Shown in pieces: positions 12,751-25,610 of a DNA stretch of 64,000 bases. The first letter of the stretch is position 1. The number at the start of each line of letters is the position of its first letter. The notes beneath the pieces were generated by a model that saw only the letters and a program-made list of their open reading frames with translations, did not search any database and was not told the origin of the DNA. Source of the DNA: Octopus bimaculoides (Eukaryota); contig NC_068990.1 of the NCBI RefSeq assembly GCF_001194135.2, forward strand, positions 5,950,157-6,014,156, given 5' to 3'. The position numbers were made by a program, and so were the translations under genes.

Positions 12751-12981
12751 TTTCAAATCCAATTGTTCCCTCTTCTCTTTTACTATTTCTCTGGCAAAAT
12801 CATTCATTTTATTGTGTCACTATCTCTTGCAATACGTTTAGTTTTATCATCGTTAATAATGTTACCATGATTGTTCTTATAACGACTTATACGTGTCTTT
12901 ATTGTCCTTAGGAAAAATAAAGGAAACACTATTAATACAGTTATCATCGTTGTCATGATCATCATCATTATCATCTTCATC

Positions 12982-13012
<31 letters not shown>

Positions 13013-13132
13013 AATTGCATCACTGTTACTACTTTTGCTCTCCCTGATATGTCTATTAACGATTATAATGGTCTTTACCGTATCACTGTACCATAACGAA
13101 ATAAATGAATTGTCAGCCCATAAAATCGTTAC

Positions 13133-13181
13133 CTGATAAATCTTTAACTGGACTAAATCACTTATATTAATGACAACTTGA
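13133..13181 (-). CDS. Exon D (49 nt) of unidentified secreted protein: xQVVINISDLVQLKIYQ
   Basis: Acceptor atagatcatttcag|, donor CAG|gtaacg; phase 2 to 0; junction with exon C forms TGT (Cys). Confidence 0.6.
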
Positions 13182-13532
13182 CTGAAATGATCTATTGATA
13201 TTTTCGTCATTTCTATTGACATAAAACCCACGTAATTGATTCTACTCCGAGTACTAACCTAACGAACAGACCATTATAAATTTCTATGTGTTGGCACGAA
13301 TTTGTCACACATTTTTCTTTACAAGTCACTTTATTAGCATAACAATTGTTCAATAAAAGATAAACCACTTTGGTAGAGAATGTTTTATATACATACAGTC
13401 ACATCTATATGTATGTATACTTGTGCGTGTCTTTATGTAAGGACATACACACACATATATGCAAGTATATTCACATATATATGTGAATATATGTGTACAT
13501 ATATTTCTACATATATATACTTATATTTATAC

Positions 13533-13576
<44 letters not shown>

Positions 13577-13784
13577 GTGTGTGTGTGTATACATAGATAT
13601 ATGTGTGTATTCATATACATTTGTTTATGTATGTATATATTTATATAGATAGATAGACATAAATATAAATATCATACATGCACATACACGCACACACATA
13701 CACACACATATGTATGTATATTATTTAATATACACAATATATGTTTTTATGAATTACTGTTAGTTTGATGTGATGAGAGCTTAC

Positions 13785-13833
13785 CAGACAGTATTTTTTA
13801 ACATGTCTGGCATTGCCCACGTGTCATAACAAA
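13785..13833 (-). CDS. Exon C (49 nt): xCYDTWAMPDMLKNTVx
   Basis: Acceptor tttcatcctatcctcctattttcag|, donor CTG|gtaagc; only one open frame (phase 1 to 2). Confidence 0.65.
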
Positions 13834-13971
13834 CTGAAAATAGGAGGATAGGATGAAATAGAAAAAGCGAGAAAAGGCGAGAAAGAAGTAGATATAAAAG
13901 GTGGAAGGTTGAAAAACTGGAAAACGAAAAAGAAAACGGAAAGAAGCAAAAGGGGGCTGGATTAGAGTTAC

Positions 13972-14154
13972 TTCCTCTTTGACCGTAAAATATAATGCTG
14001 AAAAGATAGTAGCTTAGAGTCTGTGGTACAGCTGTTCCATCCGGAGAGGGTGTCACTTTTTAATTCGTCAACAGAATTGGAAAGTGCCACACTCTCCGAA
14101 TTGGACAGCTGTGCTACAGATTCTAAGACACTATATTTTACAGTCAAAGGGGAA
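13972..14154. repeat. Long imperfect inverted repeat (MITE-like foldback)
   Basis: Left tttgaccgtaaaatata...cttagagtctgtggtacagctgttccatccggagagggtgtcacttt closely matches the reverse complement of the right arm. Confidence 0.85.
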
Positions 14155-14223
14155 CAAACTTTAATTTTCCCCACTTTTTGCTTCTTACTGTTTTCTTTCT
14201 CCTTTTCCAGTTTTTCCACCTTC

Positions 14224-14285
<62 letters not shown>

Positions 14286-14298
14286 TAATAATAATAAT
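14224..14298. repeat. (AAT)n microsatellite
   Basis: Direct reading. Confidence 0.95.
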
Positions 14299-14334
14299 CG
14301 TTATTATTTTCATTGTCATTATTGTTGTTGTTAC

Positions 14335-14556
14335 AGAGAGCCGGTAGAATCGTTAAAACGACGGATAAAATGCTTAGCGGAAGTTCGTCCGTCCTTACGT
14401 TTTGAGTTCAACTTCCTCCGAAGTCGACTTTGCCTTTCATCCTTTCGGAGTCGATAAATTAAGTACCAGTTGAGCATTAGGATCGATATAATCGTCTTAA
14501 ATCCCACCACACGCACACACATTTGAAATTGCTGGCCCTGTGCCAAATTTTAAGAC

Positions 14557-14610
<54 letters not shown>

Positions 14611-14765
14611 GGCAGCTTAACATTTGGTATTCAAATTCCTCCGAGGTCGACATTACCTTTCATTCTTTCGGGGACGATAAATTATATACCAAGTAAAGCT
14701 CTACGGTCGATTTAATCGACTAGCTTCATTCTCCAAATTTTCAGGCCTTGTGAATATGTAGAAAG
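14335..14765 (+). mobile_element. Two SINE-A copies separated by (ATT)n
   Basis: Family A head and core at 14335-14555 and 14610-14765. Confidence 0.85.
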
Positions 14766-17404
14766 GATTATTATTATCATCATTATCTTCTTTATTATTT
14801 TTCAGAAGCTTAAAAATATTAATATCGTCGCCCTTGTTGTTAGCATTGATATGTTTTGTTTCAGTTTTGTTTACAACATGGTTGGATATCTGGAAAGATA
14901 AAATATGTCGTTTTTGTCGTTGCGCCATTACAATCAAATTTCATTGAAGAAACCTGTAACCTGTATGTAATAGGTGGAACAAAACTACGTTTGTTTTGTC
15001 TGCGTAACCTCAGGAAAAGAGAAGAAGAAACTAAACAGCACCAGTAGAAATTCTTACTGAGAAACCACCATATCTTACTGATCATATATCAGCTGATTGG
15101 TCTTCTATCTACCGTTACCACTAATATATCTGTATTAGACTGGTGATCGCTTGTATACAATTTGACGTTTTGATGAAATGAAACCATGGTTTGGAGGTGA
15201 CGACAAATTTATATACATATTAAATGAAATTAAGCTACTTTACCTCAAAAATATTTGTTTTCGCACACGCATACATAAACACAGAAGCAATGAAAAATTT
15301 GCTAGATATTTATATTGCTAACATCCTACTCAGGAAGAGGCTGACAAAATAGTGCCTATATATCTCTATATATCTTCCCATGTATAATATGATATATATA
15401 TATTAATATGATTCAGCGGTTAAAATAATGACAATATTCATGATTAAATAAAGTAGTGTGTCCAAGTAAAGAGTCTGATTGAATTTGTACTTGAATATAC
15501 CAATAAACGCTAACACAGTTTAAAATATCAATAAAGTGCTAAAGACATTGTGCTACAGACTAGAACATCATTAGAATTGTCTAGACGATTCTCTCTCCAT
15601 TTACTATAGAACAATAACGAGTATTATTCTATGAGAGTGCCAGCACCAACATTGTTTTCTAGAGGTATTCAAGCGCTATTCAAATGTATTGTTAAGTACA
15701 TTCTAACATCTATGATTGAATGAATTCATACACATATACATATATCTATATCAATATCTGTATCTGTACATATACGTATATGTATGTATATGTGTATGTG
15801 TATGTATATGTATATATATATATATATGCATATATACATACATATATGTACATACCTACATATCTATGTAGATATACATGCATATATGGGTACAGGACAT
15901 CGAAAAACGTAGACACAATGAGAAACGAAAATCAAAATACAAAAACACAGAAAACGAACTTTTTTCGAATAACGAAATAAAACAGAGAAACAAGACAGGC
16001 AACATAAAGAACATTACCTTCATCAGTTGTCCCTTGCTTTACGTACTCTGCATTTCGAAGGTAAGGATTTCAGAATTTGATGCTGAAAATGGCCAATGTT
16101 TCTGGTGGTGAGAGTGTGAGGGGGAGTTAGGAATGTGGACTGAGTGCCAAGGGGGCAGCAACCCGAAAAAGTGTGGGAAGTTTAGGAAAAGTTTGAGGCC
16201 TTCTCATAAATATTAGTATAAACTAATATCTATGAGAAGGGCCCTTGATTTTCCTGAATATTTGGGATGAAAAACCCTAGCTGATCACACACGTCAGCGC
16301 TGCAAACATACGTCAAACATTTCGTCCGGTTACGGTATTTTACACAAGCTGAACGCTTTGTAATGAGGAGTGTTTACGTTCATGCATGATTCACTCAATT
16401 TCTTCTGTTCCATCAATGGTGTCATATTTTCAGGTGAACTCGACTGCTTTCTATAGCAAGTGTCTTGACATTGAGGGACAACAACCTACGATATCAAACT
16501 GTACGCACTTATCTCTAACTTTATTCCTATATTCTTAAATCATCTATGACTGTGCTGCTCGTTGTCCACTGTTGCAGTTCAGTGGTATTCCTAAACTTAT
16601 CGTTAAGATTTCTTTGTATTCATTTATTTATTTATTTATTTATTTATTTATTACTACTAAACCTATCTCTGTTCGAGCAGGTCTGTTAGTCTGTTAGGTT
16701 GGCTTTTTGCGAAGTAGGATCTTCGATCCTTTAAAATTACCAAGGTTTCCCTTTTACCTATCCTATTTAAGTTTTGTTACGTTTTTCAAGGAGCTTAACC
16801 TCATCATGACATTTATTAGTGTCCGCCTTGATTTGTAATTTATATGAACTTAGGAATGATAAATTCGATAAGATGTTGCATAATAGTACTGCTAGTAGAT
16901 AAAATAAGGCAAACACTGATAAATATAATCATATCGATGATGAGGCCAAACTCATTGCAACAATGTCCTTATGGCTATATTAGTATCAAGAATATATGCA
17001 CTAAATTTCTTTATTATTACTTAGTGAAAAAAGTTTCGACATTTTTATATTGCCTTAAAGGAGAAAATTGCAAGCTTCATAAATTTTCAAATCCGATATT
17101 TAAGTAAGGAATTTCAGGTTACCATTAATTATATCTAATAATAATAACTATTTAATCTAATAAGGTTAAATATTCAGTGCTAATTATATACATACTATTA
17201 GAATTTTAAACATTAAAATAACATTTACTAATTCATTATCAATAAAATTTTATGTAACTCAGCGTCTTGTCAGAGATTACACATAGTAAGAATCCTTGAA
17301 ATTCGTGTTTAACACCAACTGGCAATTAGATTTAATCATATATTCATAAAGCTTAATGTATGTGCTAACGGAATAGGCATTATCCTTCTTAATCTAGTTA
17401 ATAA

Positions 17405-17625
17405 TATTGATTTCAAATTTTTGCACAAAGCCAGCCATTTCAGGGTCGGGGATACATCGATTACATCGATCTCAGTGTTCAAATGGTACTTATTTTATCC
17501 CTTTTAATAAGGATGAAAGATAAAGTCGACGTCGGCGGAATTTGAAGTCAGAATATGAAGACGGACGAAATGCCACTAAGCATCGTACCCGGCGTGCTAA
17601 CAATTCTGCCAGCTCACCGCCTTAA
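17405..17625 (-). mobile_element. SINE family A
   Basis: Reverse complement of family A head and core. Confidence 0.85.
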
Positions 17626-18651
17626 ATGTAGTTAATAATATTGCTAAATGTATGATTAAGTTGAACGACCAATGGATATTAAGTATGAGTTACAGTGGTT
17701 TAGTCAATGACAAGAACCCTATAGCATATAACTACTAGTAATATGAAATTTTATAGATTATGAGTTAGTTTTCTTTCTTTTAATATGAACATTCTAATAG
17801 TAAATATAAAATCAATATTGAATACCTAAACTTATTACATTTAACTGAGGAACATTACCGATTGATAAAACTAATGTTTACGAGCTTAATTAAATATTTA
17901 ATTTAAATATTTATGTAGACACTGGCGTATTTAAATATATATTCTAATATTCGATCTTTCCTTGAAATATTTCTGACATACTGCGCAACGCTAATGAAAT
18001 TTAGTGCAGATGGTTTTAATATTAATGTAACTGATGGGACATTTTTTAATAAGACTATGTTTATTTTTAGTACTTAAAACTAACTTTCTTTGTGAAAGGT
18101 ATAACTTTTATTGAATTTTGTTCCGGTTTTCATTCTGTTAATCAAAATATTTTATTAGTTTTCAAATGAAATATAACAGTTTCTCTACTTTTTTTCTTAT
18201 ATTCTCTCCAGCACTATAGAATTTGTGTTATTGTTCTACAGTCGTTTTTAGAAATGACCTTATAAACACACATACGATATCGTACATACACATCGACACA
18301 TGCATAAAACAGATCAAGCGAACATATATCCATACATATACAAATAGATGTTTGGTTATACATGCGGAAATCAATATACAGACACAGTAATAACAGAAAC
18401 AGCCGGTGAGAATACATGACTCATATTTCCAATATAATAAGAAAAAGATTTGTCAACATTGTAATTTTAACAATCAACGAATATAGATATATTGAGGAAC
18501 ATTCTGAAGAAAATGTGGTTAAACATTGAAACAATTTGCGAACTGAATAGATGACAATATATTGTACATTTAAAATATAGAGTTTATACTCATTTATATG
18601 TACTGAAGTCTTCTGAATTTTCTGATCGGGAAAATCTGATTCATACACGTG

Positions 18652-18683
<32 letters not shown>

Positions 18684-18690
18684 TGTATGT

Positions 18691-19806
18691 CATCATTCAG
18701 TGTATTTCAAGATTTCTTGCCAATAGACAAAGACTTAGTTTCTAACCTAGATCCAAGGCACTTTCATTGGAATTTTAACATCAAGAACTGGTATTTTTGT
18801 ATGTATGTATGTATGTATGTATGTATGTATGTATGAGCTGATTTGTATGTTTTATGTAGGTATTCTCATGCATATAGTTACATATTTAGACATGCTCATA
18901 TATATTTAAATGATAAACTTCTGGAAAGTTTTACAGATTTTTACAGTTCCAGTGATGGATTGGATATGTAGTCTTCGAATTAGCTTTTTTTCTTTCTGGT
19001 TTTGAGAAGCCAAATTTCTCAAGATTGGTATGTAGGCAGTGTGTTACATATCCCAGGGCTCCAATAATTACAGGTATAAACCTGAACTTATAAATCTGGA
19101 TAGAGTAACTGTAGATTTCTCAATAGTTCAGCATAGGTGTTCTCTTCTTCACTGATCCTCAGTTTTATATTAGCATCTGCTAGGCATGTAATTTCCACAA
19201 CTGTGCACAGTTTCTCTTTTCTATCCCAAATCATTATATCAGGTCTGTTGTGTTTACATTGTATTGCGGTCTTCACTGGTACACACCACCAGTATTCCTT
19301 TTTATTATTAGTGGCTATGGCTTCCACCATATTGTAGGTTCTTATTTCGTTCTCCTCAGAAATATCCATCCTTCCGACGGATTTCATTATAGAGTGTTCT
19401 AGCTACAACTGCTTATGATGTGGATGATATCTTCAGTGTGAATTCCACAAAGTTTGCATCGGTTGTCACATTTTACAACTCTTCCTGCATCTCTAACCGT
19501 TTTGTGCATCAGGTATTTGGTTGATATTTACTGTTCCTGGATTGCAAACTCATGCCATTCAGAGTGGGAGGTAGTAAGCTAGCTATTATTCCATGATAAA
19601 CGGCTTTGATGATCAATGTTAATATCATCACGGAGCTTTCTACTAACATATCCATGCATAGTCTTCTGCTAATATAGGCTCATCCTTTCATCTGACGATA
19701 CGTTGCGGTAGAGTCATGCGACTTCTTTGGGCATGTATTCTAGGTTATCAGACAAAGAGCGTTGCTCAATGAACTGCCTTCCTGGTCAAGGAATGCATTT
19801 CGACAC
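18691..19806 (-). mobile_element. 5'-truncated R4/Dong-clade LINE (zinc knuckle, RLE endonuclease, 3' UTR)
   Basis: KTMHGY, FAIQEQ, CKLCGIHTEDIIHIISSC, HNRPDIMIWDRKEKLCTVVEITC (PD..E), IPVIIGALG, GTVKICKTF; stops present; the RHD motif expected after the knuckle is missing. Confidence 0.9.
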
Positions 19807-20053
19807 TTATATGTATGTATGCATGCATGTATGTATGTATGTATGTATGTATCTATGTATGTATGTATGTATCTATGTATACATGTACGTAAATCGTTGT
19901 AAGTTCTTTACATTGTTACTAAAAGCTTCGCTGTTCCATGTATTATTAATCAACATCTGGCGAGTATTACTTCACAGCATGTAGCATACTTTCAGGAATT
20001 GCTTTAAAGGACTATGTAGTCGCGATAAGATATAGACAGACTCTCAGCCTTAC

Positions 20054-20088
20054 CATCTTGATTCAGTCGAACATTCAAGGTATAACAG
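20054..20088 (-). CDS. Exon B (35 nt): xCYTLNVRLNQDx
   Basis: Acceptor gtatccccctcttcttccag|, donor ATG|gtaagg; phase 2 to 1, joins A and C in frame. Confidence 0.65.
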
Positions 20089-20289
20089 CTGGAAGAAGAG
20101 GGGGATACACAAGCACTCGGTTTTCATTTCTAGCTGCATAAACCCGAGCAGCAGGAAATGGAATGCTTTGTTCAAAGTTACGATGTGTTACTGATCAGGA
20201 ATCTGATCAACGGCCTTATTATCGTGAACTCAAAAGCTTCACAATTAGACCGGATACCATCACAGACATAGTATTAAAAACAAACTTAC

Positions 20290-20354
20290 CAGTCGATGAT
20301 AATGGCAGACTTGTCATTCAAATACAATAATAATAAAAAAACGGTTACTACCAT
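20290..20354 (-). CDS. Exon A coding part: MVVTVFLLLLYLNDKSAIIIDx (signal-peptide-like)
   Basis: acaATGg start context with upstream in-frame stop, hydrophobic core, donor CTG|gtaagt; possible acceptor ttccttcattgtatag| near 20410. Confidence 0.55.
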
Positions 20355-20829
20355 TGTGAATTTAGTAATCAACAACAAACGGTAGATTGAGACATATTAC
20401 CTTAAAAACTATACAATGAAGGAATAATTAGTAGCAATATAAATCAAAGAAATATCCATCAATTACTTCAAATGTTATAGATTCTGCACTCAAGTGCTGA
20501 ATATTCATTCGCCTTATAATGCCTTTAATCATGAATATGTGTGTATATATANNNNNNNNNNNNNNNNNNNNNNNNNNNNNNNNNNNNNNNNNNNNNNNNN
20601 NNNNNNNNNNNNNNNNNNNNNNNNNNNNNNNNNNNNNNNNNNNNNNNNNNNNNNNNNNNNNNNNNNNNNNNNNNNNNNNNNNNNNNNNNNNNNNNNNNNN
20701 NNNNNNNNNNNNNNNNNNNNNNNNNNNNNNNNNNNNNNNNNNNNNNNNNNNNNNNNNNNNNNNNNNNNNATATAATTAGAAATATAATATTTCTAAATCT
20801 CTCAGAGAGATTTAAGCAGTAGTGGAGCG

Positions 20830-21130
20830 ACAAAGTTGTAGTATATTGTCAACTTAATGTGACAATCCCAATAAGGGAACACACTACTGCCGTTTAGCCC
20901 TAGGAAGCTGGACCGCTTCCTGTCGGCCTTGACACAATTACTGTGTCCTTAAGTTTGTGAAGGGGAGACAAGCTCCCCCACCCAGCCTAGCCAGCATTCA
21001 GGGACATGTTTCTGAGTCTTTGCTCGTCATCAGCCTGAAGTAGCTTGCCTGCTGGATAGAGAAGCCTGTTTACCTCTCGCAGTGCTTAGAATCTAAATAC
21101 CCACTCATGTCACGGAAAAAATAAAATGTT
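20830..21130 (-). mobile_element. Structured hammerhead-bearing segment; probable Penelope-like terminal repeat remnant
   Basis: Hammerhead plus three downstream hairpins (20962-20978, 20931-20947, 20902-20921); Penelope assignment is inference. Confidence 0.55.
20997..21039 (-). ncRNA. Minimal type-I hammerhead ribozyme
   Basis: UUCAGG-CUGAUGA-C-GAG-CAAAGA-CUC-A-GAAA-C-AU-GUC^CCUGAA; perfect 6-bp helix I; palindrome ACAUGU; predicted cut between 21003 and 21002. Confidence 0.8.
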
Positions 21131-21278
21131 CCTTACAGGACCTGTCAAAATAAGAAAAGACTCATGATCTTGTGAAAGTCTTCATGGCTGATTACTGTCA
21201 CTAGAAGCAGACCAGCTGGGAAGAGAGGATGGACGAATACTTCACGTAAGTCCTATGGTTACAACGGAAGCTAGTATA

Positions 21279-21313
<35 letters not shown>

Positions 21314-21323
21314 ACTCTCTCCC

Positions 21324-21363
<40 letters not shown>

Positions 21364-21695
21364 TGCCTCCCTCTCTCTCTCTCTTTTCATTTTTTTTTCT
21401 TGTCGAAAAGATTTCCGGACGATAGACATAAGATAAAATAAGAACAGTAATAAACGAGTGAAGAACGATTATATAGTGTGTCTGTTTATTTGCCCCACCC
21501 AACAAAAAAAATTACCAGCCTGAAATATAACAATATTTGTTTCAGCACACGGTTTCACAACAGGGATCTTGCAACACAAATTCATAAACGTTTGTGCGTG
21601 TGTGTGTGTGTGAATACACATATATATATGTGTGTGTGTGCATGTATGTGACTGTGTGTGAATGCACGTACGAATGTATATGTACATACATAGGT

Positions 21696-21741
<46 letters not shown>

Positions 21742-22059
21742 CTTCGTAGGTCCGTAGGTTTATATTTTTCTGCTTCATGCATACGGATATATCAATTCGA
21801 ATGGACATAATAACGAAATAGGAGTCTATTTTTTCCGTTTGTAGTTGCAAAATTTAGTTTGCATCGATCAAAGGATGAATTTAAAAGACCTCAACTGAAG
21901 TATTTGCTCATATATCGATTGATTCGTTCAGTCTCGACCATTTCCCCTCCAACTCTCTGATCGTAAGGTAAATCTGAGCAGACGGCCAAACGATAGATCA
22001 TCGTTCTTGTCGCAGCAATCTGCATTATTCTTATCAGCACCATTGGGGCCGTGGTTGTT

Positions 22060-22172
22060 GACTTTTCACCATCATCATCACCATCATCACCGTTGTCATA
22101 ATCAAACATTATGATCATTTTAATCGCCGCCGTCGTCACCGTTCTTGTCGTTTCATCATAATCGTCGTCGTC

Positions 22173-22213
<41 letters not shown>

Positions 22214-22214
22214 T

Positions 22215-22262
<48 letters not shown>

Positions 22263-22266
22263 GTCG

Positions 22267-22300
<34 letters not shown>

Positions 22301-22492
22301 TATCATCATCATCATGATCATCATCATCATCATCATCATCATCGTCATCATCATCATCATCATCATCGTCATCATCATCATCATCATCATCATTATCATC
22401 ATCATCATCATCATCATCATCATTATCATCATCATCATCATCATCGTCGTCATCATCATCATCATCATCNNNNNNNNNNAATCGTCGTCGTC

Positions 22493-22533
<41 letters not shown>

Positions 22534-22534
22534 T

Positions 22535-22572
<38 letters not shown>

Positions 22573-22850
22573 TGTGATTGTCGTCTACTCATCATTCTTG
22601 TTATCCTCATCATCACCCTTATTACTATCGACACCAGCATCATTAATACCACCGTCATCGATGTTGACGTTGTCTTCACTGTCGCTGTCATCATCGTCTT
22701 TACTCGCATCTTCATTTTTTTCGTCATTGTCATCACCATCCCTATAATCATCAGCATCGTCGTCGTCTTGACCATCATTATCATCCTCATCATCTTCGTT
22801 GTCGTCTTCATTATCTTCATCCTTCTCATTATCACCGTGTTGGCATTGCA
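22060..22850. repeat. Long (ATC)n microsatellite and degenerate flank
   Basis: Direct reading; 10-N gap inside. Confidence 0.95.
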
Positions 22851-23322
22851 AAATCTTTAATCATTTTTGGCAGGAAAGCTTTCAAAGTTGCGCACCTATG
22901 CAGTCTACGTGTCTTATTTGTTGAATCTGAATTTTTTGGCAGATTGATGTATTACATCGATTTCTTTAATCCTCCTTTTTTTTCTTTCTTAGCTCCCTCC
23001 ATCTTCGTTGAATAAAAAGAATAATTGAAAATGACAACTTATCTTCCTTTTCTTAATAGAGTAATTACGTTTTCTTTGTACTCACCATATTTTACAAACC
23101 CAGCATCATCAAGACATGGCCAACTATGAGACTATCCAGTAGAACTACTAACTGTACTATTTTGTTCGATCAACTTTATACATGGCATAGCTCTGTCTAC
23201 TGGTGCAGAGATGCATAGAACAGTCTGCTCCTAGCAATTCCCATCATCCACTTCAGGCGTCACCAAGGGGCTACAATGAAATCCTTTGACACACTTAATG
23301 TCATTTAAAAATACTAACGTCT

Positions 23323-23397
23323 CTAAAGTTTTCTTGAGTTCTAAACTTTCTTGAGTTCTAAACTTTCTTGAGTTCTAAACTTTCTTGAGTTCTAAAC
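23323..23397. repeat. 17-bp tandem repeat CTAAACTTTCTTGAGTT, ~4.4 copies
   Basis: Units start at 23341, 23358, 23375 and 23392, with a variant unit at 23323. Confidence 0.95.
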
Positions 23398-24689
23398 ATT
23401 GGAACAACATAACCCACAGCAAAGGTGGGTGATGAACTCTACAGTCGATTCCAGTGTATGGAATTCAGTTGTTCGATGGACTTGTTAAGCAGCTTATTCA
23501 ATCAGAGTGAAAATTAGTAGAGTACTTCACAGAAAAATTCTTCATTCATTTACTTCTCGGGTAAAATCGACGTGACACAAACATAACAAGGATGGGTCTT
23601 TGAATCATATGTACGGCCCATCCATAGTTTCCGTTAATTTAAATTCATTCATCGAGTTTGGATCACACACGGATCTATGGTAAATGTACTTGCCTAAGAT
23701 GCCACACAAGTAAAATTGGACATGAGACCTCCTGTTTGCAACGCGAACTTCTTAACTACTCGGTCAAGTCTGTGTCCACTAAGACAGGATAGTCATAAAT
23801 AAAAACCAATCAAACAGAGGTCTAAATATTTTTGTAAGATCAATAGACTTAAACCGTCGCCCAATTTGACATTACAGCCTTGTGAACCTTTGTATGTCGT
23901 CAGAAGAGGCCACTACGACTAAAGCTCTCAAACTGTATCTTTGGTCAGAAGATAACCCAGTAAGCGTGGTTTATTCTTTCCTTTCCATAACACTAAAGTA
24001 GGAGGCTCACTACAGAATATCTTTTGATTAAGCTGTAAGATAAAACATTAAAAAATTAAAAACAGTAAATGTCAACATATAAATGCTAAACAATAATAGA
24101 AACTAACTACACTGGTTCCCGTAGATGATGAAAAATATTAAAATAAATGTAGAAGAGTAACAAGTATGATAACTAGATACGAGTAAATCTTTACGAGTAG
24201 GACGGAGTCTGACGGAGGGCGCTCAACATAAAGCGTTGCAACACATATTCTTGCAGTTTCAATTGCGATAAATGCTCGAACCTATTTTTAACCTTCTGTC
24301 AATCCCTGCTACGTTGCAATGTAATTTAAAACAGTTGTAACGGATTTCTGCCGTGTTGAACATTGCTTATGGGTAAATTCATATGTTAGTGTGAATTCTA
24401 GATGGAATAATAGTCCTAAATGTATTTCGTATAGCATATTTATTCAATTCACAGATAAACATCGTTTGCTGACGTGAATAATTAACGATATACATCAATA
24501 TTTTAGAGATAAAGATTCACAGAAACCCTGTTTCTGCGAGTTTTACACATGGTTGTCAACAATGCGCTATATTTCTGCAAGGATCAGATTACTAAATCAG
24601 ATAAAATTGAAATAAAAATAAAGTTATGCCGTCCGAATTATCATCATGGTGTTGCACACAAATCATTCCAGCATCTAAACTGCAGATGT

Positions 24690-24845
<156 letters not shown>

Positions 24846-25445
24846 TTCCGATGCTACTGTTGGTACAGTAGTTTCTACTCCTCCAGAGTGATTGTTCTCG
24901 TGCTATGTCCATCTAGGCCCACCAGACTCAGTGATCTTTCCTGCTTTCGTCGACTTTATTATGTACACAACCCCTTAGTTGCACCAACATTTAAGACCAA
25001 TCTTTCCTTCCTTGATCTCTAGGTAGTTAATCCAATGGAAATCCTTTCTTGTACGTGTTTTTCTTGCAGTCGTTGATTTTCAATTGCTCAAGAAAGGCAC
25101 CAATTGCATTGGCCTTGTAAGGACCGTGCGATCAGGAGAGATGACGAGGAATAGCTCCTTTAGAACATCGCATGGTCGATACAAATAAAAATATAAAAAG
25201 AGGATAAATGAGTATAAGTGCCAAAAGGAAAAGAGAGACACAACCGGTAGAATGTTTAAGAGAAGATTTTATTGATATGTCAACTTGTGTGTCTGTGTGT
25301 GCGACATATAAACATAATAATTGACAAGCCGTCATGTAAAGAAGTGTATGTGTATACAAACATGGATGTATGCGTATGCGAGAAATACAGAGTATAGAAA
25401 AGAGTCTATAATGAAGAAAGTCCAGACACAAGGATGATAAAATAC

Positions 25446-25610
25446 CAGTTCGCATTCAAGGTACACAGTGTTTGAGGTGCTGTAACAAGAAGTTGAGTCC
25501 GCGTAGCAGAGCCGAGGAGAGGAACATGTCGTGTAAGAAGTTGTGGCTTCAATGCTGCTGCCGGTTACTAGGTACAGGAGTTCTCGCAGGTTGTATTCGC
25601 TGTTAGCCAT
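25446..25610 (-). CDS. 55-codon ORF in putative first exon (MANSEYNLRELLYLVTGSS...YLECEL); coding exon 1 or uORF
   Basis: Strong Kozak caccATGg about 205 nt downstream of the predicted TSS; best nearby donor CTG|gtattt at 25445; product not recognised. Confidence 0.4.

Noticed and set aside
15960-16030. CUGAUGA...GAAA on the minus strand
   Set aside because: No helix II or helix III pairing
22136-22851. Poly-His, poly-Met, poly-Ile and Asp-rich ORFs
   Set aside because: Translations of an (ATC)n microsatellite, open in several frames, with no gene context
23086-23270. Minus-strand segment with good acceptor and gtgagt donor
   Set aside because: Stops in all three frames; could only be a UTR exon and has no other support
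23323-23397. CRISPR-like array (also considered for the SINE clusters)
   Set aside because: Contiguous repeats without unique spacers, no cas genes, eukaryotic context
25131-25137. Antizyme-like UCC-UGA-U frameshift motif on the minus strand
   Set aside because: The +1 frame closes after 17 codons and has no antizyme similarity
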